DNA from: an uncultured Gemmatimonadales bacterium
GTDB lineage: Bacteria > Gemmatimonadota > Gemmatimonadetes > Longimicrobiales > Longimicrobiaceae
Direction of reading: 5' to 3'
DNA length: 64,000 nucleotides
NCBI GenBank assembly: GCA_963716255.1
Contig: OY970303.1
Coordinates: 2,304,001 to 2,368,000, forward strand
Of the stretch, positions 46,282 to 54,622 are shown piece after piece. The position numbers were made by a program, and so were the translations under genes. Under the pieces are notes generated by a model. That model worked only from the letters and a program-made list of their open reading frames with translations, made no database searches and was not told the DNA's origin. Position 1 is the first letter of the stretch; the number at the start of each line of letters is the position of its first letter.

Positions 46282-47428
46282 TGTGGTGATCGTCGGAGCG
46301 GGCATCATCGGGACGAGCATCGCCTACCACCTTGCACGTCGGGGATGCAGCAGCGTACGCGTGCTGGAGCGCCATGCCGGTCCCGGCCTGGGCAGCACGG
46401 GCAGGGCCACGGGCGGGTTTCGTGCACAGTTCGGGTCGGAGGTGAACGTCGGGCTGTCGCTCCTGTCGCGTGAGAGGCTGCTCGGCTTCCGTGACGAGAC
46501 AGGGGTCGATCCCGGCCTTAGATCCTGCGGCTACCTCGTCCTGGCGCAGCACCAGGACACTCTCGCCAAGCTCGACGCGCTCCGGGAGGTGCAGCGCCGC
46601 GCCGGGTTTACGGGTGCGAACCGCGTGAGCATCGAAGAGATCCGGGAAATCAATCCCGCAGTCCGCGTGGACGACCTCTGCGGGGGTATGTTCTGCCCCA
46701 GCGATGGATTCCTCCGGCCGCTGGACATCCTGCGGGGGTATGAGGATGCGGCTCGCCGTCTCGGCGTGCGCTTCGACTACCAGCAGCCCTGTCTCGGCTT
46801 CCGCATGCTCGGGAACCGCATCGTCGCCGTCGAGACACAGTCCGAGCTGATCTCCACCGGGTGCGTGGTGAACGCGGCCGGAGCGTGGGCGGCGCTGGTG
46901 GGACGCTATGCGGGCATCGAGATCGGCGTCACCCCGGTACGACGGCAGGTGGCGATGACGGGACCATTCGACCGGCTCCCGGAGGGCATGCCCATGACGA
47001 TCTTCGCGGACGATGGATTTCACCTGCGGGTCCGGGATGGGCGCGTGCTCCTGCTCTGGCCGGACATGCCACGGACTGCCGATCCGTTCGACGACTCCGT
47101 CGAGCCGGCGTGGCTCGACAGGGTCTGGACCCGGGCCCGGGAGCGGGTTCCCTGCCTCGCAGACGCATCCGTCCGGCTGGAAGACTGCTGGGGCGGTCTT
47201 TACGAGATGTCCGCGGACCGGCACGCACTCCTCGGCAAGGCTCCTGGAATCGAGAATTTCTACCTTGCAAACGGCTCGTCCGGGCATGGGGTCATGCATG
47301 CACCCGCGCTGGGCCAGCTCCTCGCCGAGATCATTCTGGACGGGAGTGCGAGCACGCTGGGCGTCCACGCTCTGCGACCCGGGCGGTTCGCGGAGGCGCA
47401 GCCGAACGTCGCGTCCGTGCTGCTTTGA
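46274..47428 (+). CDS. FAD-dependent oxidoreductase, DAO/sarcosine oxidase beta-like family
   Basis: DVVIVGAGIIGTSIAYHLA (GxGxxG), GSTGRATGG, VVNAAGAWA, GSSGHGVMHAPALG; 384 aa, intact. Confidence 0.9.
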   Translation: MSDVVIVGAGIIGTSIAYHLARRGCSSVRVLERHAGPGLGSTGRATGGFRAQFGSEVNVGLSLLSRERLLGFRDETGVDPGLRSCGYLVLAQHQDTLAKLDALREVQRRAGFTGANRVSIEEIREINPAVRVDDLCGGMFCPSDGFLRPLDILRGYEDAARRLGVRFDYQQPCLGFRMLGNRIVAVETQSELISTGCVVNAAGAWAALVGRYAGIEIGVTPVRRQVAMTGPFDRLPEGMPMTIFADDGFHLRVRDGRVLLLWPDMPRTADPFDDSVEPAWLDRVWTRARERVPCLADASVRLEDCWGGLYEMSADRHALLGKAPGIENFYLANGSSGHGVMHAPALGQLLAEIILDGSASTLGVHALRPGRFAEAQPNVASVLL

Positions 47429-47521
47429 CAGCATCCAATACCCCGCCGGCTCTCCCGCCATCCAGGAGCACCGCCCTGCCGAGCGGTCCAGCCATTCGGC
47501 TCTGGGCCGGCCCCGGGGGGC

Positions 47522-47658
47522 CTACCGCCGATCGAGCGCGTTGAAGAACGGCTGCAAGAACACGCACGGGAGCATTGGACCCCAAGATGTTGCGAACAGC
47601 AATTTACCAACGCACCTAACACGCATCCGACAGAGCAGCGCTACACGCTACGCGACAA
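47522..47658. repeat. Diverged ~140-bp direct repeat, copy 1 (copy 2 at 56699-56836)
   Basis: CTACCGCCGATCGAGCGCGTTGAAGAACGGCTGCAAG vs CTACCGCCGATAGAGCGAGTTGAAGAACGGCTTCAAG. Segments 47603-47658 and 56781-56836 match at 42/56 positions ungapped. Confidence 0.8.
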
Positions 47659-47861
47659 GAAAATCCGTAGCGCTGTGGACATCATGCGCGCCATGGCCAG
47701 GCGGGCGACGCTCGGCGTGACTACGCACGGAGAGAACGTACCCTGCGGTTGTCCAAAGAGGTAGTCGGCTCGGACAGTGTGATACGGAATGCGGGTGGAT
47801 CGGTGTGTCGTTCGTCGGGGAGGGCTGTTCCGTCGTGCGAGCTTGCCCAACACCGGTGTTA

Positions 47862-48618
47862 GAGCGGTTTGCGGCCGGGAGTGAAATATGCGGGGGAGCG
47901 GGTCTACCTCGGCAGAGGAGGAGCCCATGCCCAGCCCGTACTCAATGGACCTGCGTGAGCGGGTGGTCGCCGCCTGTAAGGCTGGCGATCTGACCTGAGA
48001 GCAGGTTGCGCTGCAATTCAGCATCGGAACGACCACCGTCTTCAACTACCTGAAGCGCCGTGGGGGCAAGAACGGTCTGGCAGCGTCCCCCACGCGGGCG
48101 GCACCGAATCGGGTCTGGACCGTACGGTGCTGCGTGAGATTGTGGAGGCAAAGAACGACGCCACACTCGAAGAGTACGCGCTCCTGCGGGCCGGTACGAG
48201 CGTCTGACGCTGCTGGGCGCGATGTCGCTCTCGGGTTTATGCGCGCTGATGACGATCCCTGCGTTGACGAACGCGCCTGTCTTCCAGGAGTTCGTCAACC
48301 AAGTGCTGGTGCCGAATCTGAGGGCCGGGCAGACGGTCATCTTGGACAACCTGCCGGCCCACAAGCGCCCCAGCGTGAGGACCTCGATCGAAAAGGCAGG
48401 ATGCAAGCTCCTCTTCCTGCGGCGGTATAGCCCCGACTTCAACCCGATCGAGCCCTGCTGGAGCAGGATGGAGAACGAGCTTCGCACGCGCGCTGCGCGC
48501 ACGCTACGTTGGAAGGGGCAGTGGCAGCAGCGATGGAGTCGATCACCCCGGGCAACGCCCGCAGCTGGTTCGCCTATTGCGGCTATAAGCTCGCTCCCGA
48601 CTGACCAGCAAACCGCTC
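47862..48618 (+). mobile_element. Degenerate IS630-family element (internal deletion, stop codon, frameshifts)
   Basis: Ends TA|GAGCGGTTTGC and GCAAACCGCTC|TA. MPSPYSMDLRERVVAA from 47927 hits TGA at 47996; a later fragment has DNLPAHK and YSPDFNPIEPCWS. Only 757 bp. Confidence 0.88.
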
Positions 48619-48705
48619 TAGGCCGCGATCGCTTCCAACTGTAGGGCCAACCCCAATAAAGCTAAATTCACAGGTGACTTGAATGCTTCCCCGTGTCGCA
48701 AATGA

Positions 48706-49155
48706 TCACATCTCGAATCCATACTTCTCTCGGAGAAAACGCTCGACCTCCTCGTTGGGCTTTTCGTCATAGCACGATGCCACAATCTTGCCGTACTGTT
48801 CCAAGTCAAGCATGCCGTCACCCGTTATGGCACGTGAGAATTCCTTCTCCCGGTGCGGGTCGACGAGAACGAAGTAGTATGCCCATCGGCCAGTCGAATC
48901 CTTGGCCTTCAACTTGTGAATCAGATGCCCTGCACGGCCGTCGACAACTCTGACGTCCGTCTTTCGAATCCATCTGCAGAGGAAGTACAGGGAGACGAAC
49001 CATGGTACCGATAGCACGATCATCTTGGCTTCGAGAGTCGACTCTGACACTCCAATGGCCAGCAGGATCGCGGTTACGCTGACCACTGCCAACGAGGATG
49101 CACCAAGAATGAGGAAGCCACACTGTGGTTCTGTGCCTTCGGCGAAGCTGCTCAT
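48706..49155 (-). CDS. Hypothetical protein, two N-terminal TM segments plus soluble domain (cassette gene)
   Basis: 149-aa ORF with ATGA overlap to the upstream ORF; hydrophobic N-terminus, then KDSTGRWAYYFVLVD...YGKIVASCY. Confidence 0.7.
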   Translation of the reverse strand: MSSFAEGTEPQCGFLILGASSLAVVSVTAILLAIGVSESTLEAKMIVLSVPWFVSLYFLCRWIRKTDVRVVDGRAGHLIHKLKAKDSTGRWAYYFVLVDPHREKEFSRAITGDGMLDLEQYGKIVASCYDEKPNEEVERFLREKYGFEM

Positions 49156-49550
49156 GCCCCCTCCCCGTCCGCGGTCTTAGCAGGACGAACGCGCTGACGC
49201 AACAGGAAGTACATGTCCAAGGAAAGCCATACAAAATAGCCAACCGTTCCGAGCAAAGCAGCGTAGACGTCGACCCAGTGCAGGAGAGGGCCGAGAAACT
49301 CGCCAGGTGGGAAAAGCATCGGCACGGCGTTTCGCGCTATGAAGAAACATCCTAACAGAACGAGAAACACAAGTGTGGTTTGGAAGGTGTGGCGGACGAG
49401 CGCATAGTACTCACCAAACAGTCGTCGGAGGCCCGCCACGATAGTGTCGGAATAAGTTGTCACCACACGCCTCTGGGGAGGTGGTTTCGGTGTGCGCTGC
49501 GACGACGGCGAACCAGCCTGTTCATGGGTGCTGTCGCGGGAGGGTATCAC
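49152..49550 (-). CDS. Hypothetical two-TM membrane protein (cassette gene)
   Basis: Starts just after the attC R' site; two hydrophobic stretches; stop coupled to the next gene. Start codon uncertain. Confidence 0.6.
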   Translation of the reverse strand: MIPSRDSTHEQAGSPSSQRTPKPPPQRRVVTTYSDTIVAGLRRLFGEYYALVRHTFQTTLVFLVLLGCFFIARNAVPMLFPPGEFLGPLLHWVDVYAALLGTVGYFVWLSLDMYFLLRQRVRPAKTADGEGA

Positions 49551-49570
49551 CTGCGGCTGCTACGAAGTTT

Positions 49571-49670
49571 CCCTAACGGCCTAAGGGTCAGGGGTGCGGG
49601 GCCGGCGCGCAAGACTTTCGTCTGGCGAAATCATGGACGGCCCCGCATCCCCTGCAGACGATTGTTAGAC
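49571..49670 (-). other. Integron attC recombination site
   Basis: Minus strand: GTCTAAC (RYYYAAC)-AATCGT-CTGCAGGGGATGCGGGGCCG...CGGCCCCGCACCCCTGA-CCCTTAGGCC-GTTAGGG. Imperfect palindrome with extrahelical bases, 100 bp, just downstream of a stop codon at 49711. Confidence 0.85.
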
Positions 49671-49908
49671 CGTGCGACTACTGAGTCGGTTTTCGCTGTA
49701 CAGCCACGTCTCACCGGCGCTTTGCTGTGTCGAGAAGCATCTGCAGTTCTTGGTCAGCAGCTGTTGCCAAGCGCATGGCGAATTCAGCTTCAACGCGGGT
49801 TTCGTGGCTTTCGTCAGTAGCTCGAAACCAAACGGAAGTATGTACTTGACGAAACCCCGCTCCGGGGGGGGTGAAGCTCGTTAAGGCATAACAGGCAGGT
49901 ACACAGCA

Positions 49909-49943
49909 GATCGGGGCCGCTCACCACTGGAGCGGCTCCGATC
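49909..49943 (-). terminator. Hairpin downstream of the defensin-like gene
   Basis: GATCGGGGCCGCTC-N7-GAGCGGCTCCGATC inverted repeat 25 nt after the stop; U-tract is weak. Confidence 0.55.
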
Positions 49944-49967
49944 GTTTGGGAGGGGATGACGACTTAC

Positions 49968-50189
49968 TTAGTTGTAGATACACTCACAGTAGTAAAACCC
50001 AAACCAGGTGCAGCGTCCCGTGCCCGGACCCGCGCACTGATTTTCGCACCACACCACCATGTTCGAGTCACACCCCTCCCATGACGACAGTTTGGGAGCC
50101 GCAAGCGCCTGTGTGGCCCCGAACCCGAACACGATCACGCAGGAGGTGCCGAACAGCATTCGGCGCAGGTGGATGAACGAACGGCTCAT
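49968..50189 (-). CDS. Secreted six-cysteine defensin-like (CS-alpha-beta pattern) peptide, 73 aa
   Basis: GGAGG RBS, ATG at 50189; signal peptide ending TQALA; mature APKLSSWEGCDSNMVVWCENQCAGPGTGRCTWFGFYYCECIYN. Confidence 0.8.
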   Translation of the reverse strand: MSRSFIHLRRMLFGTSCVIVFGFGATQALAAPKLSSWEGCDSNMVVWCENQCAGPGTGRCTWFGFYYCECIYN

Positions 50190-50295
50190 AACGTCCTCCG
50201 GTGAAGCAGTGGACCCGCGTGCGGTGCGGGCGCGAGAGGGAGAGAGCACGTTAAGCGCCAATCAGGTGAGCGGCAACGATCCTGTAATTTTGTAC

Positions 50296-50324
50296 TTGAC
50301 AAAACCTGTCAGCAAACTTACATT
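50296..50324 (+). promoter_or_regulatory. Sigma70-type promoter of the transposase, overlapping an internal IR-like copy
   Basis: TTGACA-N17-TACATT, 45 nt before the ATG at 50369. Confidence 0.65.
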
Positions 50325-50368
50325 CCTTACACGAAGTTTGCTTGCCCACTTAGACCCGACTCCGAACG

Positions 50369-51346
50369 ATGGCCCGCAGCCAGTGCCCCGTAGGCGAGAA
50401 CAAGACCGAAGTCGTTGCCGCGCTCCCAAAGGCGTGCAGCGACGAAGCTACCGCCGTGGCGCTGGTGGAGCAGATGCGTTGGAACGACTGCCCCGCGTGC
50501 CCCCGGTGTGGCGATACCGACGTGTACCAGATGCAGAGCAACAAGGGCGGGCGGCAGGCGAATTTCCGCTGGCGCTGCCGTGGTTGCGAGCGCCAGTACA
50601 CCGTGCGGACCGGCACTGTCATGGAGGACAGCGCCATTCCCATGCGGCACTGGTGCCTGGCCTTCTGGCTCGCCTGCTCTTCCAAGAAGGGTATGAGCGC
50701 GCTCCAGATTCAGCGGCTTTCGGGGCTCTCCTACAAGAGCGCCCTGTTCCTGCTGCACCGCGTCCGCTTCGCCATGGTGGAGACGGGCGGCGCTCCGCTT
50801 ACGGGCACGGTCGAGGTTGACGAGACGTACGTGGGCGGGAAGCCGCGGAAGACGAACCGGGTTGAGGATCGGGTGCCGGCGAAGCGCGGACGGGGGACCA
50901 AGAAGCAGCCCGTGGTCGCCATGGTGGAGCGCGGCGGGCGCGTCCGTACTCGGGTGGTGGCGAACGTGACCGCCGCCAATCTGCGGGAGGCGATGCAGGA
51001 CCACGTCCACCCGTCCGCCTGCATCGTGACTGACGAGCTGAGCGTGTACCCGTCTGCTACTCGCGGCTTCGCGCAGCACCGCACGGTTAACCACGGGTGC
51101 GGCGAGTACTCGTACACGGCTGCGGATGGCTTCACCGTCTCGACCAATCGCGCGGAAGGCTTCTTCTCCCTGGTGAAGCGGTCCATCTACGGCGTGTACC
51201 ACAACGTCTCCCGCGAGCACCTGCACCGCTACATCACTGAGCGGGAGTTTGTGTACAACACCCGGCGGCTGGACGATGGGGCGCGGGTGGTGACGGCGAT
51301 CCGCATGAGCGAGGGGAAGCGCTTGCGATATCGGCTACCGAACTGA
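50369..51346 (+). CDS. IS1595-family (ISXO2-like) DDE transposase
   Basis: Zn ribbon CPRCG...CRGC, SKKGMSALQI, EVDETYVGG, TDE, TNRAEGFFSLVKR, YHNVSREHLHRY; intact, 325 aa. Confidence 0.95.
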   Translation: MARSQCPVGENKTEVVAALPKACSDEATAVALVEQMRWNDCPACPRCGDTDVYQMQSNKGGRQANFRWRCRGCERQYTVRTGTVMEDSAIPMRHWCLAFWLACSSKKGMSALQIQRLSGLSYKSALFLLHRVRFAMVETGGAPLTGTVEVDETYVGGKPRKTNRVEDRVPAKRGRGTKKQPVVAMVERGGRVRTRVVANVTAANLREAMQDHVHPSACIVTDELSVYPSATRGFAQHRTVNHGCGEYSYTAADGFTVSTNRAEGFFSLVKRSIYGVYHNVSREHLHRYITEREFVYNTRRLDDGARVVTAIRMSEGKRLRYRLPN

Positions 51347-51398
51347 GTCTCATGCCGCAAGTAGTGACAAGTCAGATACTTAGACACCCGTTGTTAAC

Positions 51399-51440
51399 GG
51401 GAGGGCGGTACCGTAAGTTTAGCTTGCGGCCCGCCCTCCC
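51399..51440 (+). terminator. Strong hairpin between the transposase and cargo genes
   Basis: GGGAGGGCGG-TACCGTAAG...CTTGCGGC-CCGCCCTCCC; no U-tract, role uncertain. Confidence 0.4.
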
Positions 51441-51460
51441 CGGACCCCCAAAGCGCTACC

Positions 51461-52618
51461 ATGTCAACCAGCCCGACCGACTTCATGAACCCGGTTGTTC
51501 TCGCGTGGGCGCGAGAGCGTGCCGGGTTTCAGCCGTCAGTCGCGGCGCGGAAGATCGGTGTCGAAGAGTCGGAACTAGGCGCGTGGGAGACTGGACAGGC
51601 CCGGCCTTCCATCGTCCAGTTGCGGAAGGCGGCAGAGACCTACCGGCGCCCCCTCGCACTGTTCTTCCTACCGGAGCCGCCGCGCGGAATCAACACGCTC
51701 CATGACTACCGGCTCCATGCTGGACAGGAAGCCGGGATTTTGTCGCCTGAACTCTCCGTGGCCCTCCAGACGGCGCGGGAGCGGCGCGAGATACTTCTCG
51801 ACCTACTTGAAGAGGAGCCGGAGCCGTTCCCGGTTCGGGCGTCCCTTGAGGAGCATCCAGAGGACGTTGCTAGCCGGCTCCGCCAGCACTTGGGGGTTAC
51901 GCTAGAACAGCAGCATAAGACCGACACCGCTGGAAAGTCTCTTGCGCTCTGGCGCGGTGCGGTGGAAACTGTTGGCGTGCTGGTGTTCCAGGCTGGCGGG
52001 ATCCCGGAAACGCAGATGCGCGGGGTCTCAATCAGTGAGAGTTCGCTTCCGGTAATCATTCTGAACGGCAAGGACACGGCGCGCGGGAAACTGTTCTCCC
52101 TGCTTCACGAGCTAACCCACCTCGCCTTGCATGAAGGCGGTGTGTGTGTTCTCGCGGAGAATCAGCGGATTGAGACCTTTTGCAACCGGGTTGCAGCCGC
52201 TACGCTTGTGCCCCGCGCAGCGTTGGAGCGCGAACCACTTGTGTCCAACCGCCGCGCAATGCTTGACTGGACAGACGAAGAACTCCGGCGCTTGTCCCGC
52301 AAGTTCTCAGTGAGCGCCGAAATGCTGCTCCTTCGGTTGGTGCACATTGGTAGGGCGACGCAAGCATTCTACGAGAAGAAACGGCCGGAGTTCCTGCTCG
52401 CCTACGAACGCCAGAAGGCCAAGCAGAAGGCGAAAGAGAGCGGGCCGACCTACTATCAGATGTACTTCCGTGACAACGGATTGCCGTTTGTCCGGGGCGT
52501 GCTGGCAGCGTATTATGAGGAGCGTGCTACCCTACGCGACGTGACAAGCTTTCTCGGCGTGAAGGTCAAGACATTGCCCCGGATCGAACGGGAAGCTTGG
52601 GCCTCGGAGGGATACTGA
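51461..52618 (+). CDS. XRE-HTH + ImmA/IrrE-family Zn metallopeptidase
   Basis: N-terminal HTH (LAWARERAG...WETGQARPSIVQL), FSLLHELTH (HExxH), IETFCNRVAAATLVP. Confidence 0.92.
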   Translation: MSTSPTDFMNPVVLAWARERAGFQPSVAARKIGVEESELGAWETGQARPSIVQLRKAAETYRRPLALFFLPEPPRGINTLHDYRLHAGQEAGILSPELSVALQTARERREILLDLLEEEPEPFPVRASLEEHPEDVASRLRQHLGVTLEQQHKTDTAGKSLALWRGAVETVGVLVFQAGGIPETQMRGVSISESSLPVIILNGKDTARGKLFSLLHELTHLALHEGGVCVLAENQRIETFCNRVAAATLVPRAALEREPLVSNRRAMLDWTDEELRRLSRKFSVSAEMLLLRLVHIGRATQAFYEKKRPEFLLAYERQKAKQKAKESGPTYYQMYFRDNGLPFVRGVLAAYYEERATLRDVTSFLGVKVKTLPRIEREAWASEGY

Positions 52619-52623
52619 CGCAT

Positions 52624-53091
52624 ATGGCTCAGTACTGCTTTGACACGAATGCTTTCATCACCTCATGGCATAAGCGGTACCCGGTCGAAGTGTTCCCAAG
52701 TCTTTGGGCACAGCTCTCCGACTGCGCCAACGACGGCACCATCATCAGTCCGGATGAAGTTTACCGCGAGATTCAGAAGCAGAAGGATCCGCTGTATCAC
52801 TGGGTAAAAGACCGTAAGTGCCTATTCTATCCTGTTGATGCTCCACTGGCGCAGTCTCTCAGCGAGATTTACGAAGTAGAGCATTTCCGGCGCATGGTCG
52901 AGACTGGCCGAAACGCGGCTGATCCGTGGGTTGTCGCTCTTGCACGTATCACCGGCCGGACTGTGGTAACAGAGGAGTCGAGGAGTACAAAGCCGGTGAA
53001 GAACCCCAAGATTCCGAACGTTTGCGAGCACTTCAGCGTGCGATGGATTCCGTTTGCGGACTTTCTGCGCGAAACTGGCTGGAGCTTTTGA
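52624..53091 (+). CDS. PIN-domain protein, DUF4411-like
   Basis: YCFDTNAFI, EVYREI, AADPWVVALA, VVTEE, KIPNVCEHF; 5 nt after the ImmA/IrrE gene. Confidence 0.88.
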   Translation: MAQYCFDTNAFITSWHKRYPVEVFPSLWAQLSDCANDGTIISPDEVYREIQKQKDPLYHWVKDRKCLFYPVDAPLAQSLSEIYEVEHFRRMVETGRNAADPWVVALARITGRTVVTEESRSTKPVKNPKIPNVCEHFSVRWIPFADFLRETGWSF

Positions 53092-53103
53092 GGGAGATAA
53101 GCC

Positions 53104-53283
53104 ATGGCAGAGACTGACGGCTATAAGGGTGAGCGCCAGAAGCCCGGCCCGAAGCCCGAAACCTTCAAGGTGGAGGGGATGGATTGGGAAGAGGCGATGA
53201 AGCGGGCACTACAGGTGAAGCGCCCGCCGGAAGGATGGCCGGAAGAGGTGAAGCGGACACCAAAGAAGCGCGGCCCGAAGTAG
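53104..53283 (+). CDS. Small basic hypothetical protein, 59 aa (below ORF-track cutoff)
   Basis: GAGGGAG RBS; MAETDGYKGERQKPGPKPETFKVEGMDWEEAMKRALQVKRPPEGWPEEVKRTPKKRGPK*. Confidence 0.7.
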   Translation: MAETDGYKGERQKPGPKPETFKVEGMDWEEAMKRALQVKRPPEGWPEEVKRTPKKRGPK

Positions 53284-53295
53284 GGGCCGCGCTTC
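53265..53295. terminator. Hairpin between convergent genes
   Basis: GAAGCGCGGCCC-N7-GGGCCGCGCTTC, perfect 12-bp stem. Confidence 0.55.
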
Positions 53296-53299
53296 GCTT

Positions 53300-53908
53300 C
53301 TACGAGCCTTCAAGCCCGATCCGCACCCACTCCGGTACCGGCCGGCCCGTGCCCCTGTACATGGCTTCGTAGTGCTCCAGGATGGAATGCCGTGCCGCTG
53401 CCCGGTGTTCTTCTGGCAGGTTCAGCACGGAGGCGTCTACAACCTCTAGCATCAGCTCGGGCGGCAACTCCTCCCCTTCGTCCTCCGCATACCGGTCCAG
53501 CCCGACCCGGAGCCATTCCGGCGGCTCCATGCCGCCCTGTGCGTAGATCCCCGCAAACAGGTTCAGCAAATCCCGCATCGCATCTGACCGCTCCGCTTCG
53601 GGTAGGTCCGCGACGATGCTTTCCACCGTGTCCAGCATCAGCCCCGTCGTGGGCCGCTGCCACAGTGGGTCGCGAAGTTCTACACCGCGGCTGAAGTACC
53701 ACCGGGGCCGGACAAGCCACAGCGGGGCCGCGTACCCGTTCCGGTGCAACAGGTCGATCAGCCAGTCCAGCGCCTCCACCAGCTCCACCGCGCGGCGCTC
53801 TCGCGGCACTTCAAACGATGCGGCGTAGATCCCGAACGTGAGTAGCCGTTGCACACGCTCCGGGAGCTTCCGCAGCCGCTTCAGCTTCCGCCTCTTGTCT
53901 CCGGCCAT
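53300..53908 (-). CDS. Hypothetical protein with three tandem helical repeats ending G-x2-3-P-x-W
   Basis: Repeats end GYAAPLWL, GMEPPEWL and GRPVPEWV; start at ATG 53908 or GTG 53926. Confidence 0.7.
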   Translation of the reverse strand: MAGDKRRKLKRLRKLPERVQRLLTFGIYAASFEVPRERRAVELVEALDWLIDLLHRNGYAAPLWLVRPRWYFSRGVELRDPLWQRPTTGLMLDTVESIVADLPEAERSDAMRDLLNLFAGIYAQGGMEPPEWLRVGLDRYAEDEGEELPPELMLEVVDASVLNLPEEHRAAARHSILEHYEAMYRGTGRPVPEWVRIGLEGS

Positions 53909-53993
53909 GCGCCCCCGCAGATTCACCAGTGTACCAGCGCCAATATTTTACGAATCTTACGCGGTAGCGTAGACGCCGCCAAGGGGAGACATC

Positions 53994-54371
53994 ATGTCTA
54001 CCCCTGAACGGAGCGTGTCAGTAGCAGTGTTGAGGGACGCAGCGGCGCAGGCGAGAGCAGCGCACGGCCTACGGAAGACCGCTCGCGAGATCGGCATGAC
54101 GGCGCCGGGGCTACAAGCCTTCTTGGACGGGACCGACCCGCAGCCCGCGACCGTTGCCAGGCTGACGGCGTGGTATCTCCGCACGGCTGCGGAGCGCGGC
54201 GACGTGGTGACAGGACCGACCGCACGGGCGGCGGTGCGGCTGCTGGTGGACTTCCTCCCGCCGAAGGAACGGACGGAAGCGTTGCGGGCGATCCGGCGCG
54301 AGCTGGAGAAGCAAGCGAAAGCGGCGGGTGTGCCGGTGCCGGATTGGGTGGACGATCTACAGGAGCCGTGA
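53994..54371 (+). CDS. HTH-like protein with one copy of the same helical domain
   Basis: GGGGAG RBS; GLRKTAREIGMTAPGLQAFLDGTDP (HTH-like); C-terminal LPPKERTEAL...GVPVPDWV. Confidence 0.78.
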   Translation: MSTPERSVSVAVLRDAAAQARAAHGLRKTAREIGMTAPGLQAFLDGTDPQPATVARLTAWYLRTAAERGDVVTGPTARAAVRLLVDFLPPKERTEALRAIRRELEKQAKAAGVPVPDWVDDLQEP

Positions 54372-54373
54372 CA

Positions 54374-54571
54374 ATGGGTAAACTACGTCAGTTGCGGGCT
54401 CGTTTCGGCACATGGCGCCTGGTGCTCGGGGCCGTTCTTGCCGTGAATGCCGTTGCCGGTGCTGTAGAAGGAGGGATGCCAGCGGTCCGCTTCTGGCTAC
54501 TCACCATGATTGCTGTAGGGGTAGCGATCTCAGCGCTGGTTCTCTTGGAGAAGCGCATCCGAGCGCGATAA
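54374..54571 (+). CDS. Small two-TM membrane protein, 65 aa
   Basis: AGGAG RBS; MGKLRQLRARFGTWRLVLGAVLAVNAVAGAVEGGMPAVRFWLLTMIAVGVAISALVLLEKRIRAR*. Confidence 0.65.
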   Translation: MGKLRQLRARFGTWRLVLGAVLAVNAVAGAVEGGMPAVRFWLLTMIAVGVAISALVLLEKRIRAR

Positions 54572-54584
54572 CAGATACAACAGG

Positions 54585-54622
54585 CGAGCCCCGGCGGGAC
54601 TATCCCGGCCGGGGCTCGTTTT
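54585..54622 (+). terminator. Intrinsic terminator abutting the right IR
   Basis: CGAGCCCCGGCGGGA-CTA-TCCCGGCCGGGGCTCG followed by TTTT. Confidence 0.7.
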
